From Eledone cirrhosa (lineage: Eukaryota): DNA of 64,000 bases. The notes below the pieces were generated by a model. It saw only the letters and a list, made by a program, of their open reading frames with translations, ran no database searches and had not been told where the DNA came from. The position numbers were made by a program, and so were the translations under genes. Location of the stretch: positions 86,056,001 to 86,120,000 of the forward strand of contig OZ024741.1 in NCBI GenBank assembly GCA_964016885.1, read 5' to 3'. Positions 1 to 11,539 of this stretch are shown piece by piece; the first letter of the stretch is position 1, and each line of letters starts with the position of its first letter.

Positions 1-2093
1 TATAGCCTGAAGGGCAATAATAAATAGTAGGGGGCTGAGAACAGAGCCCTGATGGACGCCAACTTTTACGCTAAACTCTTCACTATATTCGTTGTTAATT
101 CTAACCTTGCTGACTGTTTCTTTATACATGGCTTGTATAGCCCTCACAAGCCATTCGTCAACGCCTAGTTTTCTAAGAGCCCACCAGATAATGGAGCGGG
201 GGACTCTGTCGAAGGCTTTCTCCAGGTCGACAAAAGCTAAGTAGAGGGGTTTACCTTTAGCTAGGTACTTCTCCTGTAGTTGTCGTACTATGAAAAGAGC
301 GTCTGTGGTGCTTTTGCCTGACACAAACCCGAACTGCATTTCATCTAGATCAATTCTCTCTCTGATTAGTTGCGCTATTACTTTTTCCGTGACCTTCATG
401 ACCTGGTCGATTAATTTAATGCCTCTATAGTTACTCCTATCTAGGGCGTCTCCTTTACCCTTATAACAGTTAACGATGATGCTGCTATGCCAGTCCTTCG
501 GAACAACCCCATTCTGTACGACTTGGTTAACTATGCGGGTGACCATGGTGTGTCCCACCGTGCCAGATGCCTTCAGCATCTCAGCAACTATTTCCGAAGG
601 CCCAGCCGCCTTACCAGTCTTCATATCCTTGATTGCCTTACTTATTATACTCCCCTCGACTAACACTGCTGGTCCCTCTATCGGGTCGATATGGGGGAGA
701 CTGTCTTTCTCCCATTTATTCTCCTCATTTAGTAGCCTTTCATAGTGACACTTCCAAGCTACCTTCTTATCAGTGTCGGTGATGGCAAGTATGCCATCAT
801 CGTTAAGTACACACTTCTCCCCGACAATATCACGGTTTTCCTTGACGCATTGCCTGGCAATCCTGAACACCTCACGTTTTTGGTCATCGCGTTGTAGAAC
901 ATGCTTGAACTTTCTTTCCTCAGCTTCCCTTCTTGCTAAGTACACTTCTCTCCTAGCTTCCCTCCTGGCCACTTGATAGTCTACTCTACTTCCCCCATCC
1001 CGCCATACTTTCCAAGCCTGCTTTTTGGCCTTAATTGACCCCTCCACCCTATTGTTCCACCACCATGTTACTCTCCTCCTGCCTACGGGCCTGCTCCAGC
1101 CACAGACTTCGTCTGTCGCCAACAGCAGGTTTGCTTTCAGAAATTTCCACTGTCCCTCTATATTGTCCAATTCTAGATGCTCTTCCTTACTGTCGAAAGC
1201 ATCAAGTAATATGCTTTGAAATTTATTTCTGGCTGTGGGGTCCTTTAGTTTCCATATTTTCCTCCTGAGGATAGTCCTCTTCTGCTGTCGGGTACGTCTC
1301 GTCCTGACTATGAGGTCGCTAATTATCAGTCTATGTTGGGAGGTGCATTCTTCATGGGGGAGGGATTTAGTGTTTACAACAGACACTCTGTCACGTCTTC
1401 TGGTAAGGATATAATCTACCTGGCTTGTGTGTTCCCCGGATCTATAGGTGATCAGGTGATTGTCACGTTTTTTGAAGTTAGTGTTACAGATAGTTAGGTT
1501 ATTTGCATCACAGTATTCCAGAATTCTGGAGCCTTCCTCATTTCTAGTACCAAACCCATAGCCTCCATGGATTTCGTCGTAGCCGTCACAATGTTGTCCA
1601 ACGTGACCATTTAGGTCGCCTGCAATAATTATATAGTCACTGTCAGATATTTGGGAGGTAGTTAGCAACAGTGTCTCATAGAATCTGTCTTTTATAGTGC
1701 CGGGCAGTCCGGATTGGGGTGCGTACGCAGATATTACTGTCACCGTAGTTCTATTGAGGACAAGTCTTATTTTAATTATTCTGTCGTTCACTCTATTTAC
1801 GTCTATTATCTTATCTGTCCACTTTTCTGCTACCATGATTCCTACTCCACCCAGCCCATCGTCGTTTCCCACCCAGAAAAGCTTATAACATCGTTTTTTA
1901 CCCTCAATGAATCTAGCAGACCCACCCCTCCACCTGGTCTCTTGAATACAACAAACATCGACCTCCTTACGTTCAAGCATTTCTACAACCTCGTTAGCGC
2001 GACCCTTTAGGGTGCCTACATTTATGGTACAAACTCTGAAGTTTTGGGTTGCGTTTGGAGGGGGGGGGGGGGAGATAGGGTTATGTTAGCCAT
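1..2093 (-). CDS. RTE ORF: apurinic-like endonuclease plus reverse transcriptase (partial)
   Basis: Hand translation gives FRVCTINVGTL, CCIQETRW, SAYAPQ, AGDLNGHVG, VDYIL, LAFVDLEKAFDRVP, GVHQGSVLSPLLF. Start and end motifs share one frame from ~2060 to 1. The ATG at 2093 is offset by one base across a G13 run. Confidence 0.9.
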
Positions 2094-2722
2094 CCGCGGA
2101 CGAAACAAAGAGGAGTGCTCGCATTCTCGTCCACGAGGTGAATTTGACTTTAACTTTGGCATTTTCGCTCTGGGCGTCCAGATTTTTCTCTCCCTTCCAC
2201 TCTCCAGGATTCCGCAGTCCGTCCGTCCATCCATCCATCCATCATATATCGAAGGCAACCGGGCAAGCGATAGTATAGGCCTCTGGCTTATGATTTGGTC
2301 CGCGTAATAATAATAATGGTGATGCGTGGGGGTGGGGGTGGGGGGCTCTGGCTTATAATAATGGTGGTGATGCGGGGGGGGCTCTGGCTTATGATTGGTC
2401 CACGTATTAAGTATGGTGGCGTGTGGGGGCGGGAGGGAGGGGTGTGGGGTAGCTAGCTGGAAGGTTATGAATGTTTAACAAGCGATTTAACAAAAAGCAA
2501 AACTGCAAGATTTGTTCTGTTCAATACAACAAAAACACCGTATTTAAACCTTAAATAGATAACAAAAAAATACAGATTTCGGATTTTGCGAGATTGGATG
2601 TTTGTTTGGACTATGTACGGAATTGAGCGTGGAAATGGAGAGAAGAATTTGTACTTTACGATTTACATGAGTCCATCATAGAAATAATTGAAGCAGCGGT
2701 GGATTGGCGAAAGTGAATAAAC
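1..2722 (-). mobile_element. RTE-clade LINE, 5' part with ~630-bp 5'UTR, running off the left window edge
   Basis: Minus strand reads APE endonuclease then RT. The 5'UTR has repeated CTCTGGCTTATGATT(T)GGTCC units (2281, 2382) and abuts a (TA)n tract at ~2722. Confidence 0.93.
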
Positions 2723-2760
2723 ATATATATATATATATACATACATATATATATATATAT

Positions 2761-2833
<73 letters not shown>

Positions 2834-2852
2834 CATACATATATATATATAT

Positions 2853-2887
<35 letters not shown>

Positions 2888-2910
2888 CATACATACATAT
2901 ATATATATAT

Positions 2911-2943
<33 letters not shown>

Positions 2944-3000
2944 CATACATACATACATATATATATATATATACATACATACATACATATATATATATAC

Positions 3001-3033
<33 letters not shown>

Positions 3034-3034
3034 C

Positions 3035-3099
<65 letters not shown>

Positions 3100-3120
3100 C
3101 ATACATATATATATATATAT

Positions 3121-3179
<59 letters not shown>

Positions 3180-3224
3180 CATACATACATACATATATAT
3201 ATATATACATACATACATATATAT

Positions 3225-3255
<31 letters not shown>

Positions 3256-3308
3256 CATACATACATATATATATATATACATACATACATATATATATAT
3301 ATACATAC

Positions 3309-3345
<37 letters not shown>

Positions 3346-3444
3346 CATACATATATATATATATATACATACATATATATATATATATACATATATACAT
3401 ATACATACATATATATATATATATACATACATATATATATATAT

Positions 3445-3491
<47 letters not shown>

Positions 3492-3500
3492 CATATATAC

Positions 3501-3536
<36 letters not shown>

Positions 3537-3550
3537 ATATATATACATAC

Positions 3551-3603
<53 letters not shown>

Positions 3604-3816
3604 CATATATACATATACATACATATATATATATATATACATACATATATATATATATATATACATATATACATATACATACATATATATATATACATAC
3701 ATATATATATATACATACATATATATATATATATATATACATATATACATATACATACATATATATATATATATATACATACATATATACATATACATAC
3801 ATATATATATATATAT

Positions 3817-3847
<31 letters not shown>

Positions 3848-3848
3848 C
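2722..3848. repeat. Compound (TA)n/(TACA)n microsatellite, ~1.1 kb
   Basis: Seen directly in the sequence. Confidence 0.98.
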
Positions 3849-5219
3849 CCATGGGAACTCCTATACGCAGACGACCTGACACTCATAGCGGAATCAATGG
3901 CCGAGCTAGAGAAGAAATTCCAAACATGGAAGCACGGCCTAGAGTCAAAAGGACTTAAAATTAACCTGGCTAAGACCAAAGTACTAGTTTGTAGGAAAGA
4001 AAACAAGGCGGCGGTCCCTTCTGGGAAATGGTCGTGCTCGGTGTGTAGGAAAGGCGTAGGTAGAAACTCCATTTTATGTCCTAAATGCAAAGTATGGGTG
4101 CATAAAAGATGTAGTGGGATCACAGGTAAGCTAACTAAGAACATAGATTTTACATGTGGCCGGTGCTCTGGTGCAATAAGTAGCAGCAAGTGCCCACAAA
4201 CTACTAGCTCTTTCAATTGCGCAGAGGGTTCTATAGAAATAGTGGACAGCTTCCGTTACCTGGGCGATAAAATCAGCAGTGGGGGAGGGTGCTCTGAAAG
4301 TACTGTAGCTAGAGTCAGAACTGGTTGGAAAAAGTTCAGAGAGCTTATACCACTATTAGCTGCTAAAGGGTTCTCACTAAAAATGAAAGGCAGGTTGTAC
4401 GATGCCTGCATACGAACAGCAATGCTGCATGGCAGTGAGACCTGGGCATTGTGTGCAGAGGATATACGCAGACTAGAGAGGAACGAAGCTTGCATGCTCC
4501 GCTGGATGTGTAACAGTAATATACGTGAACGGCAAAGCATAAACGAACTAAGGAAAAAATTAGAGATAAGAGGGATCAGATGTTGTTTACTCGAGAGAAG
4601 GCTACGTTGGTATGGACACGTGATGCGCATGAAAGTCGATAGCTGTATAACAAAGTGCAGGGCAATAAAGATAGACGGTAGTCACGGAATAGGCAGACCT
4701 AGAAAAACCTGGGACGAGCTGATAAACTCCGACATCACACACTTACACCTCTCCAAGACAATGTCACTGGACCGAGACCTTTGGCGGTACTCAGTAACAG
4801 AGAAGACCCGCCTTACCTAAATATATAGTAAAACCTACTCCAGCCAGTAGGCATCTCTAACAAAATACACCCCGTCCCACCACCACCACCCCCACCCGAT
4901 CCACACCACCCCGTTCTATGTAAAGTTATGTTGGTGCCGCGCCATCGAGGCCGAAACAAATGAGATCGTGTAGGTGTCACGACAAAAAAACACACAGTCC
5001 ACGCTGTAATGTGGCCGTGTAGGCAACACGGTAAAAACCTCCCAGACCCACACTGTAAATGTGGTTGGTGTTAGGAAGGGCATCCAACTGTAGAAAACCT
5101 GCTAGACAGTCCTATGCGAGCAAGACAATCACTCTTGCCTCAAGTGGGACTACCCCCGTCCAAACCCATGCAAGCGTGGAACACGGACGTTAAACGTTGA
5201 TGATGATGATGATGATGAT
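3849..5219 (+). mobile_element. 5'-truncated RTE LINE (RT C-terminal half, 3'UTR, (GAT)n tail)
   Basis: Starts at [10 protein letters not shown]; ORF 3897-4820 includes FRYLG and [11 protein letters not shown]; 3'UTR motif GGTTGGTGTTAGGAAGGGCATCC; (GAT)n tail at ~5198-5219; flanked by (TA)n. Confidence 0.93.
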
Positions 5220-5271
5220 ACATATATACATATACATACATATATATATACATATATATACATATATACAT

Positions 5272-5309
<38 letters not shown>

Positions 5310-5313
<4 letters not shown>

Positions 5314-5530
5314 AAACTTTTTTCGCTCTACATGGCTGAATACAATTCGTTTGCAATTATGCAAACAAGCCTCAATTTTATAGCCATGTCAGTAGAATGA
5401 ACCCACCATTCATGCCAACACAAGAGCAAGAATGAAGGGTTCATTCTACTGACATGGCTATAAAATTGAGGCTTGTTTGCATAATTGCAAACGAATCGAA
5501 TGTTATTAATATTTGAAAAACTCAGATTAT
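5310..5530. repeat. PLE-terminus family fragment with ~59-bp perfect inverted repeat
   Basis: 5346-5404 is the reverse complement of 5437-5495. Same family as 30890-31015 and 59520-59680. Confidence 0.7.
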
Positions 5531-5719
5531 ATATATATACAGTTTCAGCCATCCGGCTGAGGCCGTGCTGGGGCACCGCCCTTGTTGCTACATATTTTAT
5601 CGCCAGCCTGCATTGGTTGGCCACTGGTGCAAGAAGGAGTTTGTTGCTTCTGCCCTTAGTATTGTTAGTTGTGGGGTGGGCCAAGGGGGTGGGGCGGTGA
5701 AAAGGAGGAGTGTTAGTGG

Positions 5720-6605
5720 TGTTTGTGGGGGATGTGTGGGAGGTCGAAGGCTAAAGGAATAGGGGTGGGGAGTTCAGGCCGCGGGGGGGGGGGAGTCTGT
5801 AGGGTGAAGATGGTGCGTTGTTCGAGCGTGAGGGGGGTGGCGGGTGTTCCATGGCATTGGAGTAGGCCACAGACTGTGAGGTAGTGAGCGGAATGTCAAG
5901 GGGAGCCAAAGTGGCAGGCGATGGGGGAACTGCCACTGAGACGAATATCCCGGAGGTGTTCAGTGAAACGGTCCGCCAGGTGACGCCCAGGTTGGCATAG
6001 TTTGGACCCATTCTTGTGCTCATGGCTACCCCTGTGACCTGTTGGTAAAACTCACCCGACGAGAAGCAGTTGAGGGTGAGGACCAGCTCGGCGAGGCAAA
6101 GGAGGGGGGGGGGGTGGAAGAGATGGGGGAGGGGCGAAGGTCGAGGTAGTGCCGGAGTGCACGTAGGCCATCGGCGTAGGGGATGACAGTATAGAGGGAC
6201 TTGATATCTAGGGTGAAGAGGATGGGGTGTGGGCCAGGTGGGAAAGTGAGGGAGTCGAACAGGCGAAGGGTGTGGTTGGTGTCAGAGATGTGAGAGGGAA
6301 AGGTGGTGACGAGGGAGGCGAGGATAGAGTCAAGAAAAGCAGGTGCAAGCTGAGACAATAGGGCGGCCGGGGTTGTCGGGTTTGTGGCATTTGGGGAGGA
6401 AGTAGATAGTGTGGGTGCAGACGATGAGGTGGGAAGCGGTGGGAGGGAGGAAGGAGGAGGAGATAAGGTGTTGGATGGTGGAGGAAACTTGTTGTTGGTA
6501 GAGCGGTGTGGTGAGTGTAGAGGGCTATAGAAGAGGGGGTTACGGAGCTGCCTGAGAGCTTCGGCCGCCACACCACCACGGCGCCTCCCTTGTCCGCCGG
6601 TTTGA
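5720..6605 (-). pseudogene. Penelope-like element RT plus GIY-YIG C-terminus, internally deleted and frameshifted
   Basis: TLDIKSLYTVIP, ELVLTLNCF, QQVTGVAMSTRMGPNYANL, then VARHF...H...EQRTIFTLQT..PRGLN across frames. Confidence 0.85.
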
Positions 6606-6655
6606 TGACGATTCAACTTGGATTGCCTCGGAAACATAACCTTATTATGTAACAA

Positions 6656-6729
6656 GCTGTCTGATGATGTCACGACACTCGCACACAGAACAGTGTGGCC
6701 AGTGTCGTCATTGAAATATATATCACAGC
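6656..6729 (+). ncRNA. Type I hammerhead ribozyme (copy 1)
   Basis: GCTGT / CTGATGA / helix II (ACGACACT..AGTGTCGT with inner CACAC..GTGTG) / GAAA / TATATA / TC / ACAGC. Helix I GCTGT:ACAGC is perfect. Confidence 0.85.
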
Positions 6730-7920
6730 ATTATTATTAAAGGACTTGAACATCTGAAACTACTTCGCTTTTACTTATTCGATATTTACTCCGTCACTCC
6801 TATGTGGAAAAAGTACGTTGAGTGCTTGAATTGAATTGCATCAATGTTTACCCTAAGAATTTAGCTCCAATTAGTTGAGCGCTCTATGATGTAACCGATA
6901 TGGTGGAGAAGAGAGGAACCAACCATGAGCTACCCCTGGAAATTCCCTCTACCATGGGGATGGAAACCCCTGACACTGGACGGACATAATAGTAACTTTC
7001 GGCAGGATAAATACGCGGAAACAAAAACTAAGATAAACCCATATTTTCCTGCACCAAATCGTTTTTGAACAGAAGCCCCCTCAATTCAATCTATACATTG
7101 ACAAATTGACAATCATATGGATCATTTTGCATATATGTACTGTGTTTTTGCATTTATTCATTATTGGTTCTTTTCTTTTGTGTACTTTATATCTGTTTTC
7201 CTTTGGTTTTGTTCCATGTGATGGAAATTATGACTGTGTACCAGATTGACTACTGCCTTGAATACTGTAGTTTACCCTCCGTTCTAATGTACGGCACTAT
7301 CGTTCAATATGTGGATAGTGTAACTGTGACATTGGAACCCCTCTCAGAACTTCTTACTTAAACATCTCTCTCCATATTATTTACTCACTTCAATCTATGT
7401 TTTTTTACTCACCTCAATCCGGATTCACTTGAAAAATTTTTTAATTTCTAATTTTTGATTTAGGATTTTAATTTTTATTTCCAACTCTCACTCATAACTT
7501 CCAATGTAAAACCATGATACCTAGAATTAAGTATATTTTCTCTTGGGAGTTGATGGTCAGTCGTACTGTCCATGCTTGGTGAGAGGTAGTATTGTGACCT
7601 GTAAAAACTAACACTCTCCCATCCCCTCTGGCTTTCGGCTGACTGCCACAGACGGGACGGGTAGCAGTAAACTATGGTACAGGCCTAAATGGGTCATTGT
7701 TTGGCTGAGAGGGTGAACTGACTAAGCGAATTTCGTTGAAATCGGCGGTAGCTAATGGTCAACTTCCTTCGGACATACGCCTGCACAGAGCTGGGGGGGG
7801 GGGGGGGGGGGGGGGGGGTACTCACGGGAACTGATGAAGAACCCAAAAGCACACACTTCGTCCGTTCCCATGTGGATTCAACTTGGATTGCCTCGGAAAC
7901 ATAACCTTATTGTGTAACAA

Positions 7921-7994
7921 GCTGTCTGATGATGTCACGACACTCGCACACAGAACAGTGTGGCCAGTGTCGTCATTGAAATATATATCACAGC
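7921..7994 (+). ncRNA. Type I hammerhead ribozyme (copy 2)
   Basis: Identical to 6656-6729. Confidence 0.85.
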
Positions 7995-8054
7995 ATTATT
8001 ATTAAAGGACTTGAACATCTGAAACTACTTCGCTTTTACTTATTCTATATACAT

Positions 8055-8107
<53 letters not shown>

Positions 8108-8159
8108 CATATACATATTTATATATATATACATATTTATATATATATACATATTTATA

Positions 8160-10155
8160 GACCCTATAGAGGGACCAGCAGTACAAGTCAGCGGCAGCGT
8201 AGTAAGTAAGGCAATCAGAGATATGAAGATAGGGAAGGCAACCGGTCCATCGGGTATAGCTGCCGAGATGCTGAAGGCATCTGGGTCTGTAGGTCACACT
8301 ATAACCACACGTATCGTTAACCAGGTAATACTAGAGGGGGCCATACCAAAAGATTGGTGCAGTAGCATCATTGTCAACTGCTACAAAGGTAAAGGCGATG
8401 CACTAGATAGAGGAAACTATAGAGGTATAAAGTTGATGGACCAGGTCATGAAAGTAACAGAAAGAGTTATAGCACAGCTGATTAGGGACCGGGTGAATAT
8501 AGACGAGATGCAATTTGGGTTTGTACCAGGGAAAGGCACCACTGATGCGCTCTTCCTTGTGAGGCAATTACAGGAAAAGTACCTAGCTAAAAGTAAGCCA
8601 CTCTACTTGGCATTTGTCGACCTTGAGAAAGCCTTTGACAGAGTTCCACGTGCAGTAATCTGGTGGGCTCTTAGAAAACTAGGAGTAGATGAATGGCTTG
8701 TGAAAGCGGTACAAGCCATGTATAGGGGAGCAGTCAGCAAAGTTAGGATTGGCAATGAGTATAGCGAGGAATTTAGCGTACAGGTTGGGGTCCACCAGGG
8801 CTCTGTTCTTAGCCCTCTCCTGTTCATCATAGTCCTGCAGGCAATAACGGAGGAGTTTAAGACCGGATGCCCATGGGAACTCCTGTATGCTGATGACCTC
8901 GCACTCATAGCTGAATCTATGGTAGAACTAGAGAATAAATTCCAAACCTGGAAGCAGGGACTAGAGAGAAGGGGCCTCAAAGTCAACATGACAAAGACTA
9001 AGGTCCTTATAAGTAGACGAGAAAACAGAACCCAGATCCCCTCAGGGAAATGGCCTTGCTCAGTATGTAGGAAAGGTGTAGGTAGGAACTCCATTCTTTG
9101 CCCCAAATGCAAACAATGGGTACACAAGAGATGTAGCGGGATCTCAGGAAGCTTAATTAAGAATGTAGGATTCACATGCAGCAGCTGTGCTGAAACAGCA
9201 AGCAAACAGCCACAGGAAACAAGTACCACCAATCTCTGGGAGGGCCCTGTAGAAACAGTAGACAGCTTCTGCTACCTAGGTGACCGAATTAGCAACGGAG
9301 GTGGGTGCTCAGAAAGTACAATAACTAGGGTAAGAACGGGATGGAAGAAGTTTAGGGAACTACTACCACTGCTAGCTGCAAAAGGCTTCTCCCTCAGAAT
9401 GAAAGGCAGACTGTATGATGCGTGTATCCGAACAGCGATGTTGCATGGTAGTGAGACCTGGGCGCTGAAGGTGGAAGACTTACGTAGATTAGAGAGAAAC
9501 GAAGCCTGCATGCTCCGATGGATGTGTAACAGTAATATACGTGAACGACAAAGCATAAAGGAATTGAGAGAGAGACTGAGCATAAGAGGAATCAAATGCT
9601 GCGTGCAGGAGAGGCGGTTACGCTGGTATGGACATGTGATGCGTATGAAGGATGACAGCTGCATAAAAAGGTGCAGAGCACTAGAAGTTGATGGAAACCG
9701 CGGAGTGGGGAGACCCAAGATGACTTGGGATGAGGTGATAAAAGCCGACCTTACCCAACTACACCTCTCAAAGTCAATGACACACGACCGTGACTTCTGG
9801 CGTCACGCAGTAATACAGGGTACCCGACCTCCCATGGGTACATGCTGAAGCATATAAACAATATGCCTCCCCCCCCCCCCCACCGCAAGGTGGTCGTGGA
9901 GGTGCCACGGCAAAAAAGCACCCAGCCCACACTGTAAAGTGGACGTGTAGGCGCCACGAAAAAGCACCCAGCACTCACTGTAAATGAGGTTGGTGTTAGG
10001 AAGGGCATCCAGCTGTAGAAATCAAGCCAGATCAGTTCCTGTATGAGCAAGGCATGGTCAGCCGACCAGACACTGCCCACAACAGGACAACCCGTCTAAC
10101 CCATGCTAGCGTGGAAGAACGGACGTAAAACGGTGATGATGATGATGATGATGAT
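8160..10155 (+). mobile_element. 5'-truncated RTE LINE with uninterrupted RT ORF, 3'UTR and (GAT)n tail
   Basis: ORF 8223-9848; 3'UTR similar to the 3849-5219 copy; flanked by (TA)n. Confidence 0.95.
8223..9848 (+). CDS. RTE reverse transcriptase (541 aa, no endonuclease), with internal Cys/His finger
   Basis: KATGPSG, NYRGIKL, QFGF, FVDLEKAFDRV, GVHQGSVLSP, LYADD, FCYLG. Confidence 0.92.
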   Translation: MKIGKATGPSGIAAEMLKASGSVGHTITTRIVNQVILEGAIPKDWCSSIIVNCYKGKGDALDRGNYRGIKLMDQVMKVTERVIAQLIRDRVNIDEMQFGFVPGKGTTDALFLVRQLQEKYLAKSKPLYLAFVDLEKAFDRVPRAVIWWALRKLGVDEWLVKAVQAMYRGAVSKVRIGNEYSEEFSVQVGVHQGSVLSPLLFIIVLQAITEEFKTGCPWELLYADDLALIAESMVELENKFQTWKQGLERRGLKVNMTKTKVLISRRENRTQIPSGKWPCSVCRKGVGRNSILCPKCKQWVHKRCSGISGSLIKNVGFTCSSCAETASKQPQETSTTNLWEGPVETVDSFCYLGDRISNGGGCSESTITRVRTGWKKFRELLPLLAAKGFSLRMKGRLYDACIRTAMLHGSETWALKVEDLRRLERNEACMLRWMCNSNIRERQSIKELRERLSIRGIKCCVQERRLRWYGHVMRMKDDSCIKRCRALEVDGNRGVGRPKMTWDEVIKADLTQLHLSKSMTHDRDFWRHAVIQGTRPPMGTC

Positions 10156-10209
10156 ATATACAGATATACATATATATATACATATACAAACATATATACA
10201 TATACATAG

Positions 10210-10263
<54 letters not shown>

Positions 10264-10575
10264 TAGCAGTTTAGCCCGGCGTTGCTCGGGTTTGTTCATT
10301 TGCTATGAAAAGTTACATACAGGTAAACGTGGCTTGAAAGCGAATAAGCTTATCAATTAAGTGCATAAAGCAGTTGAACCGGTTATTAAAAGTTACGAAC
10401 CAATTAGCATTTTGGTCAATCAATGTTGGGTTAATAATCTTCCAAAAGCGAATTTAGTAGACCAAGTTGCAAGATGGTGACCCTGATGCCGCTGCGTGTC
10501 AGATCTGTCCGCCATGGGATACCCTACCAGGAAATAGTGTTCCAGACGGCATAGCTCCAACACCTGCACCAACAT

Positions 10576-11530
10576 CTATAGCACCTCTTTGTAGATGATA
10601 TTGCGTGTCATCCCTTGAGGAGTGTTAGCAAAAAGTCCATTCCTGCTCCCTATGCGGGAACAGGCAACATAAAGTTGGCCATGGGAGAAGCATGGCTCCC
10701 CCAAATGGATGCCCACCACCGACAATGTTTGCCCTTGTGACTTGTTAATGGACATGGCAAAACATGGTCTCACCGGGAATTGGGATCGCCGGAAATCGAA
10801 CGGGATATCTGACGCCGAGGGGAAAAGGTTCATCCTTGGAATGAAAACATTCTCCCCTCTCCCGCACCCTATTACAATGGTGGCCTCAATCAAGTGGGGT
10901 GTCAGTGACTTGACGACCATGCGAGTACCGTTGCACTGCTTTGGTGGACGCAAGTTCCTTATTAGCATAATGGGACAGTCAACCCTAAGCTTAATAATGT
11001 GAGGTGGGAGCCCTGGGGGCTCAAGGGAATTTAATAACTCAACCGGATAATTAACGATATCGTCGGGGTCTGACGTCCGGTCGATAGATTTGAATATGTG
11101 CTCTTTACCGGGTATTTTCTCAATCAGCTGCTCGTTAATAAAATTAACCATGCTATTTTTCGGTGCAAGGATGGCTCTTTCGCTGAGCCAATCGAGGTTT
11201 TTAAAGTTAGATGAGACATCAGGAAAAACTGCTTCCCAAAGGTCAGAAGGGCTGCTCACAATGTTTCACAGGGAGTCGATTGCTATGCCGCCCTTGTCAT
11301 CCGCAGGGACCTTGCCCTCACCAAGTGCTAAAATGTTCTGAGCAAATGCTGCAGACATGTTGTCACCATGCAAATGAGCACACATTTGTGCTCAGGTACA
11401 AACTCTTCACCTGGAGCCACAACATGGACGACTTAAGGCAGGCACGCACTTCATCAGCTCTTGTCCCTTTGGGGATGACAGGCAGCGTTTGCCGAAAATC
11501 CTGATAGCAGAAGGGTTACGCCACCCATAG
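10576..11530 (-). pseudogene. Helitron Pif1-family helicase C-terminal region
   Basis: DFRQTLPVIP, ERAILAPKN, PIMLIRNL, CNGTR, RSQFPVRPCFAMSINKSQGQTL, FSHGQLYVACSR. Confidence 0.92.
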
Positions 11531-11539
11531 GAACCGTAG

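Larger units (their letters stand above)
6610..8045 (+). mobile_element. Non-coding retrozyme-like or non-autonomous PLE with 171-bp terminal direct repeats, each containing an HHR
   Basis: 6610-6780 and 7875-8045 are identical except one base. No convincing ORF between them; 3' end lies in (TA)n. Confidence 0.8.

Noticed and set aside
476-2307. Plus-strand ORFs here and minus-strand ORFs at 4256-4630 and 8603-9718
   Set aside because: Antisense shadows of RTE coding sequence.
2656-4216. Long Y/I/M/C/V/H-rich ORFs (also 21134-35012 and 45430-47002)
   Set aside because: Translations of (TA)n/(TG)n microsatellites that lack stop codons; not genes.
6845-6860. TTACCCTAA considered as a telomerase RNA template
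   Set aside because: Does not match CTAACCCTAA and has no supporting telomerase RNA domains.
7822-7874. CTGATGA-containing hairpin considered as a third HHR or a SECIS element
   Set aside because: No GAAA/UH arrangement for an HHR and no 3' GA for a SECIS quartet; kept only as a hairpin.
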